From contig CAMOIU010000001.1 in NCBI GenBank assembly GCA_946616295.1, positions 17,748 through 81,747 of the forward strand: DNA of 64,000 nucleotides, read 5' to 3'. Below are positions 47,224-58,400 of the stretch, piece after piece; the first letter of the stretch is position 1; each line of letters starts with the position of its first letter. The DNA comes from an uncultured Lachnospiraceae bacterium (GTDB lineage Bacteria > Bacillota > Clostridia > Lachnospirales > Lachnospiraceae). A program made the translations under genes and the position numbers. A model generated the notes under the pieces. That model saw nothing but the letters and a program-made list of their open reading frames with translations. It was not told the DNA's origin and ran no database searches.

Positions 47224-47904
47224 TTGATTGCATATATAGATCATCATATGCTCACATTCCTGCTCGGGACAGCGGCAGTTCTGACTTTTTTATGGCTGAT
47301 GCTTTTAAGGAACAGGCTGCGGATACAGTGGTGGACGGCGTTGATACTGTCCATCCTGCATGTCCTATATGGCGTTTTCTGTGTCAAGGTATTTGCCATA
47401 GTGGAAGCAGGCTTTGATATGAGTATAGCAGGGGCTATGAGCCTTTTTGGCGGTGTCTTCTTCATGCCGATCGCATATTGGCTTGGCGCAAAACTGTTTA
47501 ACCGCAGCTATAAAGAAGTGTTTGACATCTTTACGATCCCTTTGGTGTTTACCCTGATGCTGGCAAGAATTAATTGTCTGCACGCGGGCTGCTGCTATGG
47601 GATGCCTATTCCCGGTGGAAATGGACTCCGGTGGCCAACCAGAGAAGCAGAGTTACTGTTTTATGCAGTCTTTCTTTTCTTTGTTGGGAGAAGGGTATGG
47701 AACAAAGAAATGCGAGGGACAGCCTTTCCGGTCTATATGGCCTCCTATGGACTGTTCCGCATGATCACGGAGACCTTCCGTTATAAAGAGACAAACAGCC
47801 TTCTGCATTTGAGCCACCTATGGGCATTCCTTTCGTTTTCGATCGGTCTTAGCATCTACTATGAAATGATAAGAAGGGACAGAGTAACTCCTCAATCAGT
47901 ATAA
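47224..47904 (+). CDS. Lgt-like (prolipoprotein diacylglyceryl transferase family) membrane protein, divergent
   Basis: MSLFGG, LARINCLHAGCCYG, WPTRE.E, YGLFRMITETFR; about 7 TM segments. Confidence 0.7.
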   Translation: MIAYIDHHMLTFLLGTAAVLTFLWLMLLRNRLRIQWWTALILSILHVLYGVFCVKVFAIVEAGFDMSIAGAMSLFGGVFFMPIAYWLGAKLFNRSYKEVFDIFTIPLVFTLMLARINCLHAGCCYGMPIPGGNGLRWPTREAELLFYAVFLFFVGRRVWNKEMRGTAFPVYMASYGLFRMITETFRYKETNSLLHLSHLWAFLSFSIGLSIYYEMIRRDRVTPQSV

Positions 47905-47929
47905 AAGAGACGGGAAAGGGAAAATAGTC

Positions 47930-50900
47930 ATGATTAAGCAGATTGTAAAGCGTTGGATTGCAATAATGCTGGCTGTAGTCGTGGCACTCGGTGTTATGCC
48001 TGCCATGGAACTGACAGTTTATGCTGCTACACTAAACATCGGAATAGAAGGCCTTTCTGCGTCTTATGACAAAGGTACATGGGCAATTGAAGGGACTACG
48101 ATTACAGGAAGTGTGACAACTGAAGAAGACAGCGGTTGTACTGGTACGACGTATACGCCTGTTACCGGCACTCTTACATTTACTAATACTGGTTCCACAT
48201 CTGGCATTCTGACTTATCAACTAACACAATCCGGCAAGGGCTCTATTGTAGATAATGGAAAGGGCAGCATCACTTTGGGTGCAGCTGGAACAACGACGAT
48301 CAGCATTACATCGGCGAAAGAATCGGACACAACTTCAGTTGAGATTTCTCACATTCGTTTCACACCGGTACAGAATATCGCTGTTACTTTTGTGCCGGGA
48401 GAAAACGGAAGTTATTCAGTTGATGGAACTGCCGTAACTGAGGAAACAGTCATAACCAAACTAAACAGCGAGTTGTTTGCTCTTTCAGCGACCCCTGCTT
48501 CGGGCTATAGCTTTATGGCCTGGTACGATGCGACAAATGAGCGATTCCTGTCACAGACCGGAACGACGTCTCTGGTGTTTACAGAACCGATTACGGTTAC
48601 TCCCAAATTTATTACGGCAGGGGTCCCTGTGTTTGAAACTGGCGGCCAACTCTTTACAGATCTTAATGAAAGTATTTCCTATGCTCAGAATAACCATCAG
48701 GATAAGGTGACCCTGGTTGCTGATGGAAGTCTTCCGGCGGGAGACTATACGATTCCCAGCGGAATCACACTGCTCATTCCTTTTGATGAGGCGCATACAC
48801 TATATAAAGACTCGCCTGTAGTTGTATACAATAGTCACGATATTCCGACCCCGTACAAGACACTGACAATGGAGGAGGGGGCTGCTATTACCATTGCCTC
48901 AGGTGGAGCAATCAGCCTCGGAAGCAAACTCAGTTCCAAAGGACAGTTGGGCGGGTGGAATGGAACACCGACAGGACCGGACGGAAGGATTAACATGAAA
49001 TCCGGCAGTTCGATCAATATACAGAGCGGCGGTAATCTGTATGCTTGGGGGTACATTTATGGCTCTGGTTCTGTGACAGCGCAGAGCGGCGCAACGGTCC
49101 ATGAAGCTTTCCAGATCAAGGACTGGAGAGGAGGCACTGCTACATCTAATGTGTATGAATATGCCTTTATTCTGAATCAGTATTATGTTCAGAATATCGA
49201 AGTACCTCTTACGATGTATGCCGGTGCTTCGGAGAAACTGTACTCGGCGGTTAATGCGGGCGGTTCCGCACACACTATGGGCGCCACCTTCATCGGTTCC
49301 TCCGGCATGTTCAATCTTTCCAGCGGATATTTGGTTAAGGATTATATCGAAAGTGAAGACAGGTTGAAGGTTACATGCTGCGGCGATGTCTCTGTTTCAC
49401 CTATGACCATGACGGGTCTTCCTCTCATCGGCAGCATAAGCACAGATAACTATATCCTTCCAATCACCAGTAATATCACAATTGACATACAGTCAGGAAC
49501 GACAACAATCAACCAAGACATCTCCCTTCTTCCCGGCGTTGAGGCGAAGGTTGGAGAGAACGCAAGTTTTGTAGTCGGTTCTGGCAAGAGTGTTTATGTC
49601 TATGACAATGACGATTGGGGTAATTTCACTGGCAGTGCTAAGTTATATGTCATCGGTTATTCTGTTGCAAACGGAATAAACGCCAAACGCACAGCTGCCA
49701 GTCTGAAAGACGCAAAGATCGATGTCAATGGCACTGTGAACGTCTTAGGAAATATGTATACCTCTGCCCACGGTTCGGATATTCTGAGCGGTGGGAAAAG
49801 CGGCGTGGTCAAGGTCAGCGTAGCTCCCGGGTCATCAGATGTCACGATTTATGAAATGGAAAATAACTCTACCAAGAGATCTGTGACCTTTACACCGGCC
49901 TGGCTGCACAACGGGGAAGGAAGACCCCAGGAAGCCGAAGAGTATACAAAAACAGCAGGTGCGGATAAAGGCAGCGTATTCTTCTACTGCTCACCGCTGG
50001 ATATGTGGCTGAAGAATGGCGACGTGTATCGGGTGACCTTTGACGCGAACGCCCCGGAGAATACGCCAATAGAAGGTGAAACCGCTCAACTCGTATTTGA
50101 GGTTGATAAAGAATCATATAAAGCCGCAGCAGATATAGATGCTCTGAAGCAGCCCCTTACAGCCAATGGCTATGTGATCGAAGGGAAAAGATTCGTCAGT
50201 TGGAATACAAAAGCTGATGGTTCCGGAACTTCTTATCAGGACAGTGAGCCTGCCTTCTTTGCCAAGGATACGACTCTTTACGCACAGTGGGAAGATGCAT
50301 CTAATCAGACTTTCACTGTAACATGGAAGAACTGGGACGGCACGGAGCTTGAGACGGATACAGAGGTTCTTGCCGGATCGATTCCCGCCTATGATGGTGA
50401 GAATCCTGAAAAGGCTGCAGATCAGCAGTACACCTATTCCTTCGCGGGATGGTACTCCAGCGCAGATGAAGAATTGGAGCCGGAGAACAGGCCGCTGTAT
50501 ACTTCTGAGGCCATGCCTGCTGTGACCGGAAATGTCACGTTTACAGCCGCATTCAACAGCACAGTTAACAAATATACTGTGACATGGAAGAACTGGGATG
50601 ATACTGTCCTTGAGACAGATATGAACGTAGAATACGGCATGAAGCCTGAGTATAATGGTCAAACGCCGGTCAGAGAAGCAACACCTGAGTATAACTACGC
50701 TTTTGAAGGCTGGACACCGTCAGTTGCGGATGTTACTGGAGATATTACTTACACAGCGATGTTTACAGAGACACCTCGCACGTACACGGTGACCTGGAAG
50801 AATGAAGACGGCACGGTACTTGAGACAGATGAGGGTGTAAACTATGGCGCTACACCTTCTTATGACGGCGAGACACCTTCTAAGGAGGCAACAGCTCAGT

Positions 50901-53900
50901 ATAGTTACACTTTCAATGGATGGACTCCGGAAGTGTCTGCTGTGACAGGCGATGCAGTGTATACGGCATCGTTTACTGAGTCTGCCCGAACCTACACGGT
51001 GACGTGGAAGAATGAGGACGGGACAGTCCTGGAGACGGATTCCAATGTTGCGTACGGGGTGACGCCGGAATACAACAGTGCAGCTCCTACGAAAGCAGCG
51101 GATGCCCAGTATACCTATACATTTGACAAGTGGTCTCCGGAAATCACGGAGGTAACTGGAGATGTCACGTATACGGCTGCGTACAGCAGAACTGTCAACA
51201 CCTATACAGTAACCTGGAAGAACGAGGACGGAACTGTCCTCGAAACCGACGAAAATGTCGCATATGGCGCAACACCGACTTATGACGGAGAAGCACCCAC
51301 CAAGGCGGCGGATGCCCAGTACACCTATACATTTGACAAGTGGTCTCCGGAAATCACGGAGGTAACTGGCAATGCCACTTATACAGCCACGTACAGCAGA
51401 ACTGTCAATACCTATACGGTGACGTGGAAGAATGAGGATGGAACTGTCCTCGAAACCGACGAAAATGTCGCATACGGCGTAACACCGACTTATGACGGAG
51501 AAACACCCGCCAAGGCGGCGGATGCCCAGTATACTTATCTGTTTGCAGGCTGGACACCGGAAGTGGCAGCTGTGACAGGAGACACTGTCTATACCGCTCA
51601 GTTTAATACCACGGTCCAGACATATACGGTGACGTGGAAGAACGAGGATGGAACGGTTCTGGAGACAGACACATCCGCGTATGGAACGATGCCGGAATAT
51701 AACGGGGGGACTCCTGAAAAGGCCGGCAACGCGCAGTTCACCTATACCTTCAAAGGCTGGTCCCCGGAAATCTCCGAAGTGACCGGGGACAGCACCTACA
51801 CTGCAGTCTTTGAGGAGACGACCAGGACCTACACTGTGACCTGGAAGGATGAGGATGGCACGGTGCTTGACACGGATCAGGCTGCCTATGGCTCCAGACC
51901 GTCGTATACCGGGCAGACGCCTTCGAAGGCCGGAAATGCGCAGTACACATATACCTTCAGCGGGTGGTCCCCTGAGATTGCAGAAGTTACCGGGGATGTC
52001 ACCTACACAGCCACCTACAGCAGTGCGGTCAACAGATATACCGTGACGTGGAAAGACGAAGACGGAAGAGTTCTTGAAAAGGACGAGAACGTCGAGTACG
52101 GTGCGACGCCTGTCTTTAACGGAAAGACGCCTGTCAAGGAGGGAACGGAGGAATTCAGTTATACCTTCGCAGGATGGAACCCGGAGATTTCCGAGGTCCG
52201 CGGCAACGTGACGTATACGGCGCGGTATACCGAGGAGACCAATACCTACACCGTCACATGGAACAACTATAACGGAGATCAGTTGGAGAAGGACGAGAAC
52301 GTTCCTTTTGGCACGAGACCGAATTATAACGGGGCGACTCCGTCCAAACCCGCAACAGCCCAGTTTACCTACACCTTTGCAGGCTGGTCGCCGAACATCA
52401 CAGACGTGACAGGAAATGTAACTTATACAGCGGTATTTACTGAGACAGTCAACCGCTATACGATTACATTCGCAGATGAAGAAGGAAAGGTTCTGCAGGA
52501 AGAAGAGTATGACTATGGTGAGCGGCCGGTCTATAACGGCACCGCTCAGGAGAAGACGTCGACAGCCCAGTACACATATATCTTTGCAGGCTGGTACTCC
52601 TCCGCAGATGCCGGCGTGGATCCGAACAAGAGACCGGTCTATGATTCAGAAGGCATTCCGGAGGTTACAGGAAGCGTAACTTATACGCCTGCCTTTATCG
52701 CAGAGGTCAACAAATACACGATCCGCTTCATCAATGATGACGATTCGGTTCTTCAGACAGGGCAGATTGCCTACGGGGAGATGCCTTCCTATAACGGAAG
52801 TGAACCGGAGAAGGCATTGGATGCTCAGTACACTTACACATTTGCCGGATGGAAGCCTGTACTCGCAGCGGTGACCGGGAATGCGGACTACAAGGCGACG
52901 TATACAAAGACTGTCAACACGTATAAAGTGACGTGGCAGAATTCGGACGGCACAGTCCTTGAGACCGACGAGAACGTCGAATACGGTTCCACACCGTCTT
53001 ATGACGGCGAAACGCCCGTGAAGAAAGGAGACGAGCAGTTCACCTACATTTTCACCGGCTGGACTCCGGAGGTGACAGCCGTCACAGGGAATGTTATCTA
53101 TACGGCAATGTACAGATCTTCCGTCAACACCTATACGGTAATCTGGAAGAATTCGGACGGCACAGTCCTTGAGAAGGATGAAAATGTCGAGTACGGGACG
53201 ATTCCGACTTACGACGGCGAGACGCCTGCCAAGCAAGGAGATTCCCAGTATACCTATACCTTTGATGGATGGGATTCTGAGATCACATCCGTGACAGGAG
53301 ACGTAGAATATACAGCGGTCTACACTTCTGAAGTGAATGAGTACGCGATAGTGTGGAAGAATTATGACGGAACGATTCTTCTGACAACTTATGCTGCGTA
53401 TGGTTCTACGCCGGAGTACAAAGGCATTGTGGAGCGCAGCACAACTGAAAACGAGGAAGGCAGTTATACCTTCAAGGGGTGGACACCGGAAGTGACCGAA
53501 GTAACAGGTGATCGGGAATACACGGCAGATTTCACCTTTACAGGTATCAGAACCCTGGAAGAAGGCAGACAGTACTTCGTGGATGACAGGTTGCAGAAAT
53601 CCGGATGGACACAGGTCGGAGACAACATCTATTACTTTGACTATGAGACCGGCTATGCGGCGACAGGCATTGCGAGTACGGTGAAAGAGAAGGAGGATGA
53701 CAGAGAGCCCGGACTCTATGTATTCAATGCAAACGGAGTATTCCGCAATGGCCTGAACGGAGTGTACACGGATGAGGGCTCCGAATCTCAGGATACTTAT
53801 TATGTCCTGGAAGGCAGGGTACAGGAAAATGCCGGACTTGTAAGAGTTATTCTGGATGACGGCGCGATCAACTACTATTACTTCGGAGAAGATAACAAGG

Positions 53901-55330
53901 CGGTCAAAGATGGCAGTTATAAGGTAGACAAAAACAATGATCTTCCACTGCCGGCGTATCGTTATCTGTTTGATGAGCACGGTGTGATCGTACATGACGC
54001 TGACACAACGAAGAACGGAATCCACAGTCTGACACAGGACGACGGAAATCTGTATTACATGATCGATGGCGTCAATGTGGGTGAAGGCCTCCTTTTCATC
54101 GATGGCTCCTACTATTACGCAAAGACTTCCAGCGGCATGATCGTTCGGAACAGTAAGTATTGGATCACAAAGACCAATGGCCTGCCGATCGATCCGGCGG
54201 AATACAGCTTCGACAGTGAAGGCAGACTGGTTTTGAACGGATTCGTGATCAGTGGCGGCTACACCTATTATTATAAAGACGGTGTGCGCACGAAGGGATT
54301 CTGCAAGATCGGAGATGATTATTATCTCTTTAATGCAGGAAACGGCAGGATGTACCATGATGCCACAATGTGGGTCGGAGATAATGAATATGGCATTGTA
54401 GGAGGTATGTACTACTTCGGCAGCGACGGAAGGATGGTCCTTCCCGACCTCGAAAACGGGATCCGTGCAGTTGTCTCCGAGAACGGAAAGCTGTACTTTA
54501 CGATCGACGGTGCCCGCATGGTGAACGGTCTCTATGAATTGGATGGAGAATACTATTACGCCAAGAACAGCGGGAAACTTGCAGTCGGAGAGACTGTCTG
54601 GGTGAGCAACAAGAATGGCTTAATTCCTGAAAAAGGGAACTGGTATGCGTTCGACACAAACGGGAAACTGATCAAGACCGGGTTCGTGGAAGGCGGCGGC
54701 AGTACTTACTACTATAAGGATTGTGCGCTCGCGCTTGGCTTCACCCTTATCGATGGAAACTATTACTACTTCAATGCCGGAAGCGGAAAGATGTACAAAG
54801 ACACCACACTGTGGGTGGGCGACAACAGCTATGGCGTAGAAGCCGGTATGTACAGGTTCGGTGCAGACGGACGAATGGTGATACCGGATCTTGAAAACGG
54901 GTCGAAACTGATTCAGTCGGAGGGCGGAAAGCTCTACTTTACCATCGACGGTGCAAGAATGAGCAATGGCCTCTACGAACTGGACGGCGAGTATTACTAC
55001 GCAAATAGCAGTGGAGTACTTGCGGTCGGCGAGACGGCCTGGGTGAGTAATAAGAATGGATTGATTCCTGAAAAGGGCAACTGGTACGCTTTCGATGATT
55101 CCGGGAAACTGATCAAGACCGGCTTTGTGGAAGGCGGCGGCAGCATCTATTATTACGAGGACTGCGTACTGGCTCTAGGCCTGACGAAGGTAGGAGATGA
55201 TTACTACTTCTTTAATGCAGGCAGCGGAAAGATGTACCGGGATATGGATCTATGGGTCGGAGCGAATGATTATGGCTTCACAGGAGGCATGTATCACTTT
55301 GACGCAGACGGAAAAATGGTGATTTCCTGA
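47930..55330 (+). CDS. Giant secreted surface protein (2466 aa) with 15 tandem ~70-aa repeats and C-terminal cell-wall-binding-like repeats
   Basis: Sec signal peptide (...LTVYA/A), one InlB-B/Flg_new-like unit (VTFDAN...FVSWNTKADGSG...LYAQW), TVTWKNEDG repeats, YYF/GKM repeats. Confidence 0.85.
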   Translation: MIKQIVKRWIAIMLAVVVALGVMPAMELTVYAATLNIGIEGLSASYDKGTWAIEGTTITGSVTTEEDSGCTGTTYTPVTGTLTFTNTGSTSGILTYQLTQSGKGSIVDNGKGSITLGAAGTTTISITSAKESDTTSVEISHIRFTPVQNIAVTFVPGENGSYSVDGTAVTEETVITKLNSELFALSATPASGYSFMAWYDATNERFLSQTGTTSLVFTEPITVTPKFITAGVPVFETGGQLFTDLNESISYAQNNHQDKVTLVADGSLPAGDYTIPSGITLLIPFDEAHTLYKDSPVVVYNSHDIPTPYKTLTMEEGAAITIASGGAISLGSKLSSKGQLGGWNGTPTGPDGRINMKSGSSINIQSGGNLYAWGYIYGSGSVTAQSGATVHEAFQIKDWRGGTATSNVYEYAFILNQYYVQNIEVPLTMYAGASEKLYSAVNAGGSAHTMGATFIGSSGMFNLSSGYLVKDYIESEDRLKVTCCGDVSVSPMTMTGLPLIGSISTDNYILPITSNITIDIQSGTTTINQDISLLPGVEAKVGENASFVVGSGKSVYVYDNDDWGNFTGSAKLYVIGYSVANGINAKRTAASLKDAKIDVNGTVNVLGNMYTSAHGSDILSGGKSGVVKVSVAPGSSDVTIYEMENNSTKRSVTFTPAWLHNGEGRPQEAEEYTKTAGADKGSVFFYCSPLDMWLKNGDVYRVTFDANAPENTPIEGETAQLVFEVDKESYKAAADIDALKQPLTANGYVIEGKRFVSWNTKADGSGTSYQDSEPAFFAKDTTLYAQWEDASNQTFTVTWKNWDGTELETDTEVLAGSIPAYDGENPEKAADQQYTYSFAGWYSSADEELEPENRPLYTSEAMPAVTGNVTFTAAFNSTVNKYTVTWKNWDDTVLETDMNVEYGMKPEYNGQTPVREATPEYNYAFEGWTPSVADVTGDITYTAMFTETPRTYTVTWKNEDGTVLETDEGVNYGATPSYDGETPSKEATAQYSYTFNGWTPEVSAVTGDAVYTASFTESARTYTVTWKNEDGTVLETDSNVAYGVTPEYNSAAPTKAADAQYTYTFDKWSPEITEVTGDVTYTAAYSRTVNTYTVTWKNEDGTVLETDENVAYGATPTYDGEAPTKAADAQYTYTFDKWSPEITEVTGNATYTATYSRTVNTYTVTWKNEDGTVLETDENVAYGVTPTYDGETPAKAADAQYTYLFAGWTPEVAAVTGDTVYTAQFNTTVQTYTVTWKNEDGTVLETDTSAYGTMPEYNGGTPEKAGNAQFTYTFKGWSPEISEVTGDSTYTAVFEETTRTYTVTWKDEDGTVLDTDQAAYGSRPSYTGQTPSKAGNAQYTYTFSGWSPEIAEVTGDVTYTATYSSAVNRYTVTWKDEDGRVLEKDENVEYGATPVFNGKTPVKEGTEEFSYTFAGWNPEISEVRGNVTYTARYTEETNTYTVTWNNYNGDQLEKDENVPFGTRPNYNGATPSKPATAQFTYTFAGWSPNITDVTGNVTYTAVFTETVNRYTITFADEEGKVLQEEEYDYGERPVYNGTAQEKTSTAQYTYIFAGWYSSADAGVDPNKRPVYDSEGIPEVTGSVTYTPAFIAEVNKYTIRFINDDDSVLQTGQIAYGEMPSYNGSEPEKALDAQYTYTFAGWKPVLAAVTGNADYKATYTKTVNTYKVTWQNSDGTVLETDENVEYGSTPSYDGETPVKKGDEQFTYIFTGWTPEVTAVTGNVIYTAMYRSSVNTYTVIWKNSDGTVLEKDENVEYGTIPTYDGETPAKQGDSQYTYTFDGWDSEITSVTGDVEYTAVYTSEVNEYAIVWKNYDGTILLTTYAAYGSTPEYKGIVERSTTENEEGSYTFKGWTPEVTEVTGDREYTADFTFTGIRTLEEGRQYFVDDRLQKSGWTQVGDNIYYFDYETGYAATGIASTVKEKEDDREPGLYVFNANGVFRNGLNGVYTDEGSESQDTYYVLEGRVQENAGLVRVILDDGAINYYYFGEDNKAVKDGSYKVDKNNDLPLPAYRYLFDEHGVIVHDADTTKNGIHSLTQDDGNLYYMIDGVNVGEGLLFIDGSYYYAKTSSGMIVRNSKYWITKTNGLPIDPAEYSFDSEGRLVLNGFVISGGYTYYYKDGVRTKGFCKIGDDYYLFNAGNGRMYHDATMWVGDNEYGIVGGMYYFGSDGRMVLPDLENGIRAVVSENGKLYFTIDGARMVNGLYELDGEYYYAKNSGKLAVGETVWVSNKNGLIPEKGNWYAFDTNGKLIKTGFVEGGGSTYYYKDCALALGFTLIDGNYYYFNAGSGKMYKDTTLWVGDNSYGVEAGMYRFGADGRMVIPDLENGSKLIQSEGGKLYFTIDGARMSNGLYELDGEYYYANSSGVLAVGETAWVSNKNGLIPEKGNWYAFDDSGKLIKTGFVEGGGSIYYYEDCVLALGLTKVGDDYYFFNAGSGKMYRDMDLWVGANDYGFTGGMYHFDADGKMVIS
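50309..53540 (+). repeat. Intragenic tandem repeats, about 207-210 bp x 15
   Basis: Consensus YTVTWKNEDGTVLETD.NV.YG.TP.Y.GETP.K.A.AQYTYTF.GW.PE...VTG..TYTA. Confidence 0.9.
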
Positions 55331-55461
55331 CGAAAAGCCCAAAGCAGCAATGTCAGCAGATCGGAGTGTGCGCCAGCCCCGTCCCGGGGCCGGCGCACAG
55401 CGGTATGGAAAAACGGTCCTCCCGCAAGAGCAGGGTTATGTTGAAAGGAAAGAGTAAGGCA

Positions 55462-58400
55462 ATGAAAAAGAAGTATTCTTTGAAAAAACTGTCAATACTG
55501 CTGGCTGCTTGTCTGCTGTTAGGGAGCTGCCCGACAGGAACATACGCTGCCGAGGCTTCGGTGGAAGAACCTGCAATTGAACAGGAGCAGGAAAAAGAGG
55601 AGGAGCCCTCAGAGGCTGACAGTCAGATTCCTGCTTCTGAAGAACCATCGCAGGCTCCTGACAACGGGCAAGACGCTGACGAGCAGTTATCGGAAGGAGG
55701 CTCTCCCGAATCAGGATTATCCGGTCAGGAGACAGATGATGGATCGGAACAGGAGAAGGAGCCCGTATCTGAACAGGGAGCAGAACAAGTTACTGAGCCT
55801 TCTGCCACGGAAGGAGACGGAGAAAATGAAGAGCTGACAGAATCTGATGAGGAGATCACAGAAGAAGATTCCGAGGAAGAAGAGACAGAGACCGGAAGTG
55901 TTCCCTCAGATCCGATCTCATCATACAGTGATTTCATTAAGTCTCTGACAGAACTGGAAACATATGCCCGGGAATATGCCGATGAGCATGCCGGAGAGGA
56001 TCCGAATGCCCTGGTGATCAATTTTATTCGTTGTGGCGTGGAAAAGTACACCTCTGGGACCTGGACTACATTCTGTGGAGAGGAAAAGACTGCTTTTACC
56101 ACATTTGTAGCCGAGAAGGATGTGGAAAATGCCACAGAGGCGTCCAGACTGAGAAAACTTGAAACTTTTACCCTTCCGAATGGTGATAGGGTGGAATTTG
56201 CGCACATGTTCGGATGCATGGACATGGCATATCACACCGGGAATCAGAACACAGCGGATCTGGGAAGCTGGGTAGGTGATCTCTGCGATCTGGTGCAGCT
56301 TGCACACAATGGAGGCGTGTCTGGTACAGTAGAACAGATGGCGGAGGAGATCCGCACAAACAACAGTAAGTACTTTCTCTATGATGATCCTCACTCGCAT
56401 TCTTTTGGGAGACAGGATCTCTATGCGGATCTCGACGCCTATTATATTCTCCGAAACTTATCGGGATCAGGATCGATCAGCGCGGTAATGAAGAAATATT
56501 ATACAGGGAATCTTACCGACAAGAACCGGGCTGTTTATTTTATTGATCACCGCCTCGGAGGAGCTTCTACCAGGGCTGAGATCCGCCTGAAAGTGTACGA
56601 GATCTATCAGGGCAATGAAGGGGCACATACCTTGGAAGGGACTTATCTTCCGGATGGTGTCAATGCCGATGTGCGACAGGCCTGCTGTTATGCATTTGCG
56701 GATTATCTGTACGAAACCGCGAAGGGGAGTCTGGAGAACAGTTATTATACACTGATCTCCACAGAGAAATCGAACCCGGCGCCTGGTGTGACACAGGAGA
56801 TCAAAACAGCTGTCACTCAGGACAATAAGCAGATCGTCTATTATATCGCCAAGGCGGATATCACGCGCAGCGATATCAGTGTTCATGCAAATTACAATAA
56901 CAATGACGGAACTAGCTGGGGCATGTCCCGTGTTTCCGACCAGATGAAAGCTGCTGAGAAAAGGCATAGTAATCCGGAGGACGAAGAACACTATACACCC
57001 AATTATAGCGCAGTCATCGGTGTCAATGCCGATTTCTACAACATGAGTACGGGCGTGCCTTCCGGTCCTCTGGTAATGGAGGGGATCCAGTATCATGACA
57101 TCGGTACGGGGAATTTCTTTGGAATCAAGAAGGACGGTACACCGATCATCGGCGGCAAGGCTGAGTGGGACGCCAATAAAAACGATCTGGAAGAGGCCGT
57201 CGGCGCTTCCGTATGGCTTGTCCGCAACGGGGAGATCGCTGTAACAGCGACATCTAATTATTACAATGATCGCGCTTCCCGCACTGCTGTCGGTATAACT
57301 TATGACGGGCGTGTCGTACTTATGGTTCTGGACGGCAGGCAGGAACCTTATTCCTGCGGCGGCAGTGCCATTGAGATAGCACAGATCATGCAGGATGCGG
57401 GATGTGTTTCCGCAGTCAATCTGGATGGCGGCGGGTCTTCTACATTTGCCGGTAAAGCAGAAGGATCGGATGAGATCAAAGTCATCAACAGACCTTCAGA
57501 TGGATATGAGAGATCTGTAAGTTCATCACTTATGGTAGTCTCTGCGGCAAAACCGTCTAATGAATTCGATCATGCGGTGGTTTCTGCTGATTATGATTAT
57601 TTGACTGTAGGATCCGAGCTTGAGATCCAGGCAACCGGTGTTACAGTGACCGGGGGCGCAACGGACCTTCCCGAGGATACTTCCCTGCAGAGTACCGATG
57701 AAAGCATCGGCACGATATCGGAGGACAGTGTCTTCACAGCCAAAGCCCCGGGCGATGTCCAGATACGGGTCATTTCCGGGGATGGGGAAGTCCTCGGCTC
57801 CAAGACCATGCATGTGGTAGATCCGACCGAGCTGCATTTCTCCAAGGAGAGCATCAATGCTGTCTACGGCGAGCCGGTCGCGCTTCCGCTGGAAGCCCTT
57901 TATAAAGGGAATCCGGTGAAGATCAATCCGAACGATGTGACCTTCGGATACCTCAAGGTCACGCTGACTTCCATCGGAAATGTGGAAGGAAGTGCAGTCA
58001 ATTCTACAAGGACAGAATTGGTCTTCGATTATCCTGAGGCAGGTACGATCGACGGATTTGAGTTTACACCTGCAGACGGAGAGGATAGGGTTCGCACACT
58101 TACTGTTGGAGCGGTCCTCACATCCAAGCTGAATGAATTCCAGCAGACGGTTGCCACAGAATATCAGTCAGCATATCAGGAAGCGATTGCGAATGGCTTC
58201 ACGGCCTCAGATGCTGCACTGCAGGCGGAAGCGAGGGCAGTGAACAAGGCACTGGATACGGCAGCACGTCTTTCTATCTACATGTACAGTGCTGATGAAG
58301 CTACATTTGATTTTGAGGACGCGACGGGAGAAAACGGGATCATTGCCTGGAAGAGAGATATTTCCAATTCCACCTATAATGAATCCGAACAGACATACAG

